NCBI RefSeq assembly: GCF_964204645.1 | Contig: NC_134028.1 | Span: 5,084,001-5,148,000 of the forward strand | Source: Tubulanus polymorphus | Taxonomy: Eukaryota; Animalia; Nemertea | Length of the DNA stretch: 64,000 nt | Direction of reading: 5' to 3' | In this document: positions 12,509 through 25,100 of the stretch, one piece after another | How the letters are laid out: the number at the start of each line of letters is the position of its first letter | Numbering within the stretch: position 1 is the first letter of the stretch | Made by a program: the position numbers and the translations under genes | The notes under the pieces: generated by a model | What the model saw: only the letters and a program-made list of their open reading frames with translations | Told to the model about the DNA's origin: nothing | Databases searched by the model: none

Positions 12509-15500
12509 TCGTTTCAGTTCTTTAATCCTTGCTTTTTCTATTTCAGCCAGAACTCAGTAAGAGATCGATATACAATTGTATTCTTTAGTTCAATTAATAG
12601 CCTGGTTAAGCTGGTACGGAAAAAAGATGTCACAAATATCTCTTGTAATAGGGCCATATGATTGCCTACCGGATAATTTGAAATTAACTCACAGTCGATT
12701 ACTGAATCATTTTTATCAATATTCAGATGCATTAATTACACCAAAGCCTTTCCTTAATGATTTCATTTGAGAAAAATCCCTTTAATCGATCAATTTGATT
12801 CAATGGGAAAGCTTAAAAACGGCCCACCACACGACGAAATATTTATTACTGCGCACATTTTTTCTAGTATAAACCATTAAACCCTTCGCTAAAATATCAA
12901 AGATAACAGTAGAGGGATACTATGGTACCGGTAGATAAAAAGTTTGCACCGAAAAATCATAAGATATAAATCATAGCGAACTGATAACGCGATCAAGTGT
13001 TTCTGAAAATTCTAATTAGACCATGGACTCATTGTTTACCGTACGTCTCCGTGGTTAGAGTCCGTCTGATTTGGTTAGGCTACTTCTTAAAAACGTTAAG
13101 GGGTAATCAAACGTTCCTACGTCACTAATCATCAAGAAATTACTTACTGAGGGTTCCAAAAATCCGCGACAGTTACCAATTATGATTCCCACTACTTCTC
13201 AAAAAATGTTAATCAAGACTTTCCAAAACTAATCTCGTCAAGAAATTACTTACTAAAAATTCCGACAATCAAGGTATAGCCCTATAATACATTCGACCAC
13301 AGTTCAATCACCTTTTACACGATAGGTCACTATCTAGGCTATATTTAATTCAATCAATCGATATTGATCATTAAGAGTCCGTGTATCCATACTGCCTGCC
13401 CGCGATTAACTCAGAGTCGATTCATTAATAAAATGGATAAAAACATCACATGATCACAACATTGACGCAACGTTTTTGTTTTCCTTGATTCAAGGATGTT
13501 ATTTTTTCATTCCATTGTTAAACTAGGACAAAGGGAACTGTATCAAAGTACAACACATCCATGAAATACCAGAAAATTGGCTTATAATAAATGCCATGTG
13601 ACTGCCTAGATATCAGAGGCATGGCTAGATTTTGGCAGTATCCCGAAGGTACTAGACTTTTCTGTTGAAAACTTGATGAAATAAAACTATCCTGACAAGA
13701 TACAAGAATAAACCATAAGACTGTGTCCAGATATCAGGGCTAGATTGAGGCAGTATCCCAGTTCTAGATGCTTGGCAGGGATATTAAAAATCGAAATGGC
13801 ACTATAACGACATGATAAACCTACAAACTTCTCTTTACCACCATAATTTTGCCATGTGTTCTTTTTATCACAGGCCTATCCACAGAAGATGTTCGCTAGA
13901 ATTGTATCGTGCATTGGTTATCTATAGATCTATAAACTGTCTATTGGCTTGGCCGGTCAATTTATATTTAAGAAATTGAGGGGTTAACTTTCTCGTTGGG
14001 TGCTTTTTTTTTTCTGGTTGAGAATTCGATCTATATAGCCTTTAGACCTATAGGCCCTATGTTTCCAAATTCTAATCTCTTGATCTGTTATTAGAACAAT
14101 ATACAACATTAATCTCTAACACTATCACTATATCAGTACTCTTGAGATCATTGACCATTGGTCCATAAAGTTTAAGTAGACCTAGACATAGCCTAACACT
14201 GCTTTGCCTGGTCATGAAATCTCATAACTAGACCTCAGTGGTCAGAAAGGCCATATCATGATCAATCAAACCCTATCATTCCCTTTTTGCTAAATTACGA
14301 CTGGCCCGGCATGGAATATGAATTCATGTATTTCCTCTATATTCTCAGATGAATAGACAGTGCTATGAATAAAACCCCCAGATCATTTAAAGGCCTTAAT
14401 AAATTATGTTTTCAATGACTCCACCCTAAACTAATTTCTTACTAGAATGCCACAAGCGAGTCATTGAATTGAAGAGTGGTGTTAAAAAAACGTTTTAAGA
14501 ATTAAAGGTTAAGTTAAAGGGTCATAGTTTATATAAATGTATTGCCAGCAGCAAGTTGCTAACAACACACAAGGGCCTATGGCTGTGCTGTGGTAAATTT
14601 GCCTTTTTCTCTTTTATCAGGCTATTATCTAGTCATTCGAATGATTCAGGCTTTCCGAAAAATTAACAAAAACTAAAAAGTGATATATCCAGTGCTAGTG
14701 GGTACATTGGTAGCATGGTACTGGTGCAATAAAGGATCAACGCTTCCATTCCACCCAGACTCCATTGTAATTGTAGCAGGCCATCCCAGTTGTCACTACT
14801 ATTATTATAATGACAGGCCATAATCTGATTATCAGCCAAATCTAACAACAGCAACACCACAACTCAGCACATTTATTTCAGTATAATCTACCTAAGGAAG
14901 CAACCTTACCTAACTCATCTCATCATAGACATAATTGCTAACCGGACCGTATTGACATGTTGTTAGAAGTAAGGAGGCGCGTCTTATCTTCGGAATTCCC
15001 CACCCAATATTTTTACCGGGTTCATTTAAAACGTAAATTCCTCCGTAATTTAACCCGTTTCCTTGCCTATTATCACGATAATATTTATCCATGAAGATGT
15101 GAATTTTGATAAAACGCGTATAAACCTACCCTTGTTGTGTAGTTCAGTTGATTTCGGGGGTTAAATTCGACGATCCTTAGGTTTTTACTACACACGACGA
15201 CGACGGAGTAAAACTTGCCGTGTAACCGATGTAACGGCTTCTGTGATTGGTGGCTCCGGTGATCCATTGATAATACCCCGATTCGCCATCTAGCGTCATT
15301 TTTCCGAACTACAACCAAGTACAATCGTACTGCGCCGACAGCATTAGCTGGCATTGGTCCAAAAAGATCAGCAGATTTTGATCTACATAATGTTCATTCC
15401 TTGTTCCAGCTATGTCATTACCGGTACAATTTCCATTGTATCCGATTTAATTTCTAATCCTCCTTCCTCCATAAAAAAAATTGTCTTCAAGATGATTCTA

Positions 15501-15599
15501 ATTCCTTCTACGAATTGTAACACTGTACCATAATCTGATTTCTAATTCCTTCTCAAATTGATAAAGAAATAAACCAAGACATAAAAATGAAAATGTACT

Positions 15600-15605
15600 T
15601 TTATT
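15600..15605 (-). terminator. Probable poly(A) signal AATAAA of the STK31-like gene
   Basis: TTTATT on the plus strand about 500 nt downstream of the stop codon, followed on the minus strand by U/GU-rich sequence. Confidence 0.5.
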
Positions 15606-16106
15606 ATCAAATCTTCTGACGAAGATACATAATTATGAACAAAACAAACAAAATATGAGACATGATAATAACTAGGTGCGTTGAGATATTTCTACTCAAC
15701 TTTGCCTTAAAACTTAATCTCCGTATCCAGACGCTAACTATGATCGAACCGAAACAATTGAGAATGGTAGAATTTCAACCAAATAATTATGTTATCCATA
15801 TGGCTTATATAAATGCAAGCATCGTCATGCGTGTAACTATTTACATGATGGTATTTACATTTGTTCGAATTTGCTAGTGAGATTAATGTATTTAAAGTAT
15901 CAATGCCAGTATAGTTCAATCCATATCGAAACTACCATCTCATCTGAAGGTTTACGATACATGTACTACAATGAAAAACAATCCAGCAATGATCTTTAGC
16001 TGCTACCGGGTAATTTCTTCTTTTTTTCTAAATGCAAATTCACGATAGTCGAAATTCATCATGGACATGTACAACCAATACATCTATTTGACTGATCGAT
16101 TCCACA

Positions 16107-19100
16107 TCAGTCTTCCATATCTGAAGGAAATATTCAAAGTGCAGTTAAGTCCTTTGAAATGCCAGTCTTGGGGGGAATGAAAAACATGACGTTATACAGA
16201 ATGGTATTTCCATTGAATTCGAGTTGGATCGAGCAGATCTGTTCTCTGAAGAATGTTGGCGTTACGAGAGCAGTGGCATTAAAAACGATAATGTTATAAC
16301 GGACTTTGTGTTTTTTCGTTAAAAATTTCAAACTAGAATTCTTACTTCAATAGATATCTGGGGCAGATTCAAATTACCTGATTTGTCATCGCTAGACAAA
16401 AGTTGTTTAGCCTTGCTGGTGTTCCCACTATCGCTGCACACCTACAAAATCAGAAGAAAAAAATTTCTTTTCTGGCAATATATTCGCCAGTCTCAGTTTA
16501 TGAGGCATTTCAGAAAGCATTCAGTTAGTGCTATTAAAACAATAAAACACGTAAGATAAAACTCGAAAAAGAAAAAGACGGTCGCAGTTGAGAACATTTT
16601 TCATCAACTGTTCATCAAAAATATTCCGGCACCACAGAATACGTGTTATTACCCAATTAGTGAATGGAGACTGCGGGGCCCGAGCCGATTCAAATTCCTA
16701 ATAGGTAAGAAGTCAACTCATTATACAATGCAGACTCTTATGTTAAATCCGAATTTACCAGTTGCGGATAATCAAACCAGTGGCCCCGAATAAACATACC
16801 TCTCCAGCAGCAGCAGACTGTTCTGAAATTTGACTATCGACAAAATTCATTTCATCAACAATGACGTTCATTTCATCGTTGTCAGATTCTAATGACGGCA
16901 TTATTTCAATTGTCTCCTCATCTTCCGACTCATCACCGAGATCAGGGTTTTCTTGTTCTCGATCAAATTCCTATGGATTAACAGATTTCAATAACCAACA
17001 CGATAAAAGAATTCAGATTTTCTCAAAAGTGGACTTTTTCTAAGGTGTGTAGTTTTAGTGAAGGGTCCTGGGAGCGCTCTCAGGAAAGGTTTTAGAAAAT
17101 ACAAACAAAGAGGAGCAGTTTCACAACTTCTGGGGTGAAAAAAGAAGATCATCTTCATTCGAACCACCAAAAACCCCTAAATACGGGCCTGTTTCTGGGG
17201 TTAATAGGCCCTGATTTCTCAATGAGGCTGAATTTTTTTCTTAAGAACTTCTACACTATCCATTCAGTTGCCATATCCCTTTTCTTTTCATTATTGGACC
17301 CTAGGCTTCCAGGAAGCCTAAAATCAACCCGATGTAGAGCAAGTGGTGTTAGATACAAACCTCGATAGATTTCACATCATTTGTCGGAACGATATCGGGT
17401 GGAGATGAGACCGTTTCCAGGTTGTGTCTCGTCGTATCTTCCCCTTCAACATCCGGACATACTTCTGCAGCATCCTCAACAGCCTCTTCAACAGCCTCTT
17501 CGAAATCATCGTTTTCTTCTTCGGCATCCGGCGATATATCCAGAGATTCCTTATTGTCGCTTTCCTCGCCGGCACTAACATCATCATTTTCATCATCGTT
17601 ATCACTGCTACACTCTGGTAGTGGAATTGTTATGTAATTGACATCGTTGTTCGAATCAACTGTTTCATTACTCGTCGATGTCATCTCTGGACTTTCCTGG
17701 AGTTAGAAAAAGATATAACAATTAGAAACTATCAAACTACACTCGACTCTGATCAATTCAGATCTTTTTGGTACTCGAGAATTTGTCAGACTCAAGTGAT
17801 ATTTATATACTTCAAACATTGTAATAAATACTGTTATTAATACTAATTTCTTAATGGACAAACTGAAATAAAATTCTACCTCTGTGAATATTTCATCTGC
17901 TATTTGTTGTTCATCTTCATTCAAGTCTCCATTTTCGACATTCTTCAAAATTCCTGCTCCTTTCCTGGCATTAGTCGCATCTGAACACGATCCTCTAAAG
18001 AGCATAATACAAGAGATCGATTAAATAAGATTTTATTTAGATATACAAGTCAAATCAGACCTTTTACTGTTATGTCCAACGCACACAGCACAGGGAAACA
18101 CGGTGATTCATCTTGGAAACATTGTTTCCTGAAACCACTTTTCTCATTTCTTGTAAACACAGGGAAATGTTTGGAGAAATTTTTGCCCACTGTTTCCTTG
18201 CGTCATGTGTGTTGGGATTTAGACTCAACAGTAATCAGAAATCTAGAACAGAGACAGACCTAAGCTGCAGAACATCTTCCGCAGTGATTCTGATCTCGGG
18301 TGGTGGCGGCTCGTAAGGATTAGCGAAGTAACCGTGGGAGAGTAATTGTGATATCACCGGTCTGGTCATATGATTCACCGATAATAAATGATGAACGATC
18401 TGACACGGTCCCGATTCCTGAAAATAGCAATCAATTAATAAGTCTGTCGAAACATGACCAAACATCATCAAACCACCTGATCTCTACTAACGCTTACATA
18501 TTGGACTTTGTTCGGTCGGCCATCTGAACGTACGTTAATTTCGTCCGAAGGAATTAACAACTGAAATAAACAATCACAGCATAAGTTTATATCTATCTCC
18601 GAGAATGCATAGCATCTCTCATCATTCTTACACTTAATAGTTACCTCTATCATTAATATACCGAAACTGAAGATATCAGTCGCTAAAGTAAGTTCGATTT
18701 GTTGTGAGATACCCTCCGGTGAGTTATACAGTAAACCAGTGATTCCTGTTTTACAGTTCATGGCTCTCTGCGCCTGCAATTTTAAACGCATACACTCTTA
18801 GCTTAGAAATCTTTTCAAACCGTTCAAGTTAATTCGCCTCGAAACAGATATTTCATGTAGAGATGTGATCAGAAATTTCCGCTAAAAGATAAAAGACTTC
18901 ATTAAGTTGTTTTTTTTTTCAATTTAGAATTAGACTACTTCAAGAACCACTTACACGTTTTTCTATAGTATTTTCAATAGTAATAGACAACTATACTTAT
19001 GAGTAAAATCTCAAGAATTGGATCTAATTTTCTACATGAAAATGTTGGCGTTAAAAATTCGAAAAATGAGCTAATCGAAAATCAACTTCGTACGTACCGG

Positions 19101-22100
19101 TGATTTAGTAAAGTCATAATCGGCGAGTTTCACCGACCCATCTGCTGTCAGTAATATATTATCGGGATGTATCGCCCCGTAGATGAGACCGTTATTGTGA
19201 TACGTTTCCAAACCTTTCAGAACGCTGCATAAAATATGATGTATCTCCTACAATCGACACAAAATACACAGTTAAATAAGTAAATAAACAGCTATTTCAA
19301 CAATTAATGATTCAAGGATTTTCTGAATAGGTAAAGTGTGTACATACCTCTCCGGTTAGTGACGTGTTTTCCATATGTTTAGTTAAACTCGTGCACAATG
19401 GTGATAAGACATACGCCTGCTGTTTATTCTACGGAATAAAACACGCAATTCAATTTCATCCAATGAAACAACATCAGATCGTTTGAAGAATATGACAATT
19501 CCCTTCAATGCCTTAATCCGTTATTTTTCAAGGATCAAAACAAGGCAATTCAATAAATTTTCAAAGGACATATCATTTGTAAATAGTGTAAAACCTCCCT
19601 TAGCCACTCTATAGCAAACACATCCTTTCAAATTTATGCTTTTTTCCTCGGAACCAACAAACATTTTCTAGTTCATTTTCAAGTGCAACCATAAGTGCCC
19701 AGTTTTACTGTAGCACTAAAAGTCTGACAAGATTCTTGTTTTCTGGCCTTACCTTGTAAAAGAATACAGCCCAAATTTCAGCGATATAATTCCCCTGTAT
19801 CGAGTTGTAATGTATTGCTTGTTGCATGAAGAAATCTTTACTGACACCAACGCTCTCGGCTATCAAATATTCCTGCAGAAAATTACAATCAAAACCGTTC
19901 TCAATGTTCTGTGGGGTAAATAGCTATTCTGTTTTCAGGTAATTATAAAGCGTAGCATCTAAATACTGACCTTGATAAACACAGGTTCGTTGTCAAACAC
20001 GCTTGTCCAGACATGACTCTTATCCTGCACCGAGACCCTACTAAACTGATCTATATCTAAACTTTGTTTCAGCAGTCCGTTATATTGCTACAAAATAAAA
20101 CAGACTTTTTAAGCTAAGTTATTATGGGTCAGTTTTACAGACCACCTTCAACCTCGGTTAATAACCAGTTTATAAACAGGCCCAAATAAGTCGGGAAGAC
20201 ATATAAATACTGACCACGTAAGTAGAGATTCCCAGTTCAGGATGTTTAACTTGTAGTTCAGGAAAGTGATTAATACTGATATCAGCGAGCTCAGCCTACA
20301 AAACGAACAAGAATTATTCGGATTCCGAAGAACTGTAAGAAAGGGACAAGCTGTAGGTAACGAAGCAGACAAATTGTCTATGTACGTACGATATGCTTAT
20401 CTTCTTGTTTGAATATATGATGCAGATCGATGCGAATCGTTTCTAATTGTTCGAGAACGCGACTCAATTCTTCCGAGTTGTCTTCATCCGACTAAACGAA
20501 GAGATACATGAATCAATTAAACTTTACGCCTGACAATTATTCCCAAACGGGGTGACTATTTCTATTGGACTTGCTTTTTCCCTGACATGTATGTTGTTTT
20601 CCCTGACTTGATCTGCTAAGAGTCAAATAAAATAAAAGTCTGATATACAGTATGATATACTGTAGATGGAAACTGATAATGCACATGATCTCAAGAAAAT
20701 TCCCTTGTCTTTTAGCTTTCTATGAAATTTCTTGACTATTCTGACTTATATAAAGAAAAGAAAATTTCCTGACTTTCCCTAATTTCCAGCCACCCTGCAA
20801 AATCTGCACGAGAAAGAGGAGAAAAGGTTTTTTAAGTACCTCTTCCAGGTCATTTTTATCGACTAACAAATGACCGAGTTTGGAACGAAGAGATTTGAGA
20901 GTTTTTCGCGTAGTCTGTAACGGCGTAATATCCGGTTTCTCATCCAACCAGCGCACGATCGACGACTTCAGATGTATAAACTCGTCCCTCATCGCGCGCA
21001 GGTGTTCGATGTGTACGACCTCGGATTCTAGTTCTTGTAACAGCGATTGTAGAATTTGACTCACCAATACAGATTCGCTACCCTGAATAACACGAAGCGA
21101 TAACTTTTTCATCAGTGAAAACCTCATTTAGTATCTCTACGTACTAAGCATAATATTGTATGGGTTTTATCCCACCCTCTTACACTCGCGAATAAAATTA
21201 AATTTGACTTCGTTTCATTGTTACGAAATACGTACAAGGTTAGATATGAGTAGTTCTTGTTGAATTGATTCCTGAAACTTATTCAAATATTGATCTAATT
21301 CAACCTTTCCATTCGCACAATCCGGTGCATCCAGATCTAGAGATAATTCCTGAAAAAAAATTCATAAAATTTTGTATCAATATCCACCTTAATAGACTGC
21401 ATTATATAAGCGACATCTAGTAAAAGCCCCATTGAATTTGTATAGAAACTGTTACCGGTATTTCATTCTTACCTGTTGAATTGTCTTTATGGAATTCGAT
21501 ACAATATTATGCTGCGTGTTAGTTATTGTGCGATATTTCAGGAATAGTTCTAATTTCTGTGCCTACAAATAATGATGAAAATGATCAAATCCTTACGTTT
21601 ACAATTCATCTCGTGATAAATCCTATATTGGACCTTGTTTACTGGCAAATAAAGCTGCAAGGTTAATTGCACTAAACAGTTTGTTCTTAGGCCTAGTCAT
21701 AATTTTGGCACCTAAATACATATCTTGTAAATAATTCTTTCAGTACTATATCGTACATACCCTCCACTCCTTGAATTTCACAATAATCGCCTCAAGATTG
21801 GCATCTGATCTTGCTCCGTAAGACAAATAGTAGCTGTATGTAGTTTTGATGGCAGATATGGAATCCTAGAATGAGTGGAAAGATCTCCCATAAATACCGT
21901 TAACATTCTAATCATGACAAGATCTCTATAATGACAAGATCTCTTTAAGGAGGCGTATAATTTCTCAGACTCCGGGAACTTATCATTAATGAAGGGATTC
22001 TTACCTTCAGATCATTTCCGCGACTTTGCAATGGCATCGTTTCCGTGATATCCAAGAAACTGCTCAGTGCTGCGTAGAACGAAATACGACTTGCATCTCG

Positions 22101-25100
22101 TTGCGCCATCAAACCATCAATCACAGTCTAAAGGGATATAAATTCAACAAACCATTGCTAGCTATCGAGATTAAAAAATGTGGCCAACTAGAATTGAGAG
22201 AACTATGAATTTTTGACAAGGCTGTTTCTTATCAAGAGGTGCCACTCGACATCACACCAACAAGAATGAGAGACCAAAAATTCCAATCATCTACTTATTC
22301 CTGATACTCAAGAAAAGTCACAATTTCCTGATTTTCACCGTAGGGAATCAGAGAAATAAATCCAGAATTCCCTGATCAGTAAGAACCCTGTATTCAAAAT
22401 ATTTTCTTAGATGATGAACTTACTGATTCAAGAGTTTGGTTTGAAACGATAAATTACATACCAAATCAGTGCATGTTCTGATGAAATTCTGTTCATTTTC
22501 GTATTTCTCTAAAGCTTGTTTAACGCTGCGAACGAGATCCGTATCCGATGATATTTTCTTCTCGGTATCCATTGCTAAACCGATCGCTTTATTGATTATA
22601 TCGGGAGTCTGATCGTCTGTCGGGAACTGACGTCGAATCATGCGAACAGAGGCGACACCTGCTGCCAATATTTTACACTTTTCGTTGATATTCTGCTCGG
22701 AGATTTCCTTGATTTTGTCTTGAAGGATCTATGTATGAACGTACATAACATAACAGTAATTGAATTTCAATTTTAAACATTTTTAGTCAGATAAATATTT
22801 TAAGTAAAGCATTTAGGTGGTGATAATCCAAATCAAAAAGGATTTTATTCAGGGGGCAATTGTCCAGGGGCAATTGCCCTAGAATCAAATATATTATAAA
22901 GATTTGTTATTGCAATTCTCATTGGCCGCAGTACCTTAATTCTGCCCTTGGTAGTAGCAGTCTCTAAGACAGCGTTGTCCCTCTCCCCGTAAGCTTTCTG
23001 TAGTTCATTCGATGTTTTCAGCACTTCTCTGGTAAGTTCATCAATTTTCGCTTTTGACTGTCTCAACGTTTCAGTCTGCTGTTTTATTATCACTATCTGT
23101 CGGTCATTTTGCCCATTATTTCTGTGTTTCAAACATGAACGAGTAAACAGATTCAATCACATGAGTAGATTTAAACATGTTCGATATTGTTTTTCAATCT
23201 AAGTTATCTACTTATGTTAACATCAAGGAAGTGCATGTTTTCATATAGATAATGAATTTTTGATTAGCCAACCACATCTTCCCAGAGATTCATTCGTGCT
23301 CAATAATAGATTGAGGTAGAAAAAAAGAAATAAATTTCTGTAACTGTTTTCTCTAGCCAAAAAAAACCTCCCTTCGCTATAACTTACAAGTTTTGTGGGA
23401 TGGAATGAGGCATCGGCATCGACACAGGTCCTCCAATAGCCGACTGTTGCGGCGGACTCTGTACGTTGCGAGGGCCGCGAAGGTTCTTTGTTTGTTTCTT
23501 CGCGAACAGCCCTCCTTTCAGCAGATCCTGATTGAGACTGACGCCGTCGAAGAAAATATCGACCATTTTCATACCGCTGCTATCGACCCCGTACACTTCG
23601 GTGTCCAACAGATGACCATCGGTCAGATTAGAAAAAGCAGCTAATGCCTGAATAAAGAGAAAAATATCATCGAGATATGCAGCATTTCATCATTCATTTA
23701 GTATTCCATGGGTTGATATTTCCATTTTCCCTAAAAGTGAACCATCATTTATACGGGGACGTCAACATTTTAGTGATGACTGGTTGATTAAGGTGATTCA
23801 AAAAAAGTTGCTTTGGGCAAGCAACTGATACCCAAGAACTACGATAGACAAAGTGTAAATTGAATTTCCCAAATATTGCCTGGCTAAGTGGAAAATCTAT
23901 CAAATTCATTAAAAAATTTCCAAACCGGGAAATACTATTTTGATATTCTTAAGTTTTTCCCGATCGCCAGTGACTGATGGAACTGCTTACCATGCGATAT
24001 TTTTCACTATTTTCATCCTTGTCGATGGCTTCGATCAATCGCAGAATGAATTTGTCGGCGTACGGTTTGATCGTCGCTATATTCGTCGGCAGTTCCATCA
24101 TCGCGTTGTTTTGTACGACTTCCGAATTTCCGTAGTCGATATAACGAACCATCGTCGAGTCTTCCGATACGACTCTGATTGGCTGAGAACGGTACCATTG
24201 ATCGTCAGCCGAGAATTTCGCCCCATAAATCTAAAGCGATATAATGATTGCGATTAAAATTTCGACAACAGCCACAACAGGGTTGTCACTTCCCGCCGAT
24301 TTACAAACTCCCTGAGTTTTCCAAGTAATAACACAAAATTCCATTGAATGAGTCCTTTCTTGGTTTAAAATGTTACAATTTATTCCATTTTTCATGAATC
24401 CTGATAGAGAAACGTGTGGTCATCCTACCTTATTGAAATCCGGATTTCCAGAAATCGCCTGAAAACACTGACAGATATTGGCTAAGTCAGCGCCGAGCTG
24501 AACGAGACCTTGAGCGCGGTTAGAACTCATTACTTGACCCCAAAATATACTAGGCGTTTCAACATGAGTTATAAGCACGTGTTCCTAGAAAAACAAGAAC
24601 AAATCTCGATTAGATTTCTTAAAATGTAAAAAAATTTTTGGAAATTGAATTTCTTTTTTAGCATATTTCATTTTCATCTTACTTACCCGTGTAACTGGAG
24701 GTTTACCAGACGGAGTTTTGTTCTGTTGCAATGGGGCAACTGCTGCACTATTACCCATAGGCTGCCAGTTATTGATTTTCATACTCTGGTCCGCAACTAA
24801 AAAAATAATAAGGGAGTTCATAATGGATAGCATCATGATCATGTGACGGCGTGGCCACTTTTATTTGATTATCTGTAACCTAAGTTTTATCACATACTTA
24901 AGTTGTTTTCCTCGACTTTACCAACTAAGAATTTACTCTATTTACTTTATTTTTGGCTCAAAATATGTAAAACATAGTTGGGAACTGCTCGATTAAACAT
25001 GCGATTGAAAACAAAAATTCCCTAACCTGATCTCAAGCTGTTCTCTTACCTAAATCTGGTTTCTGGAACATTCCGGCAGCTGGCTGTTCGGCGTCTCCAC

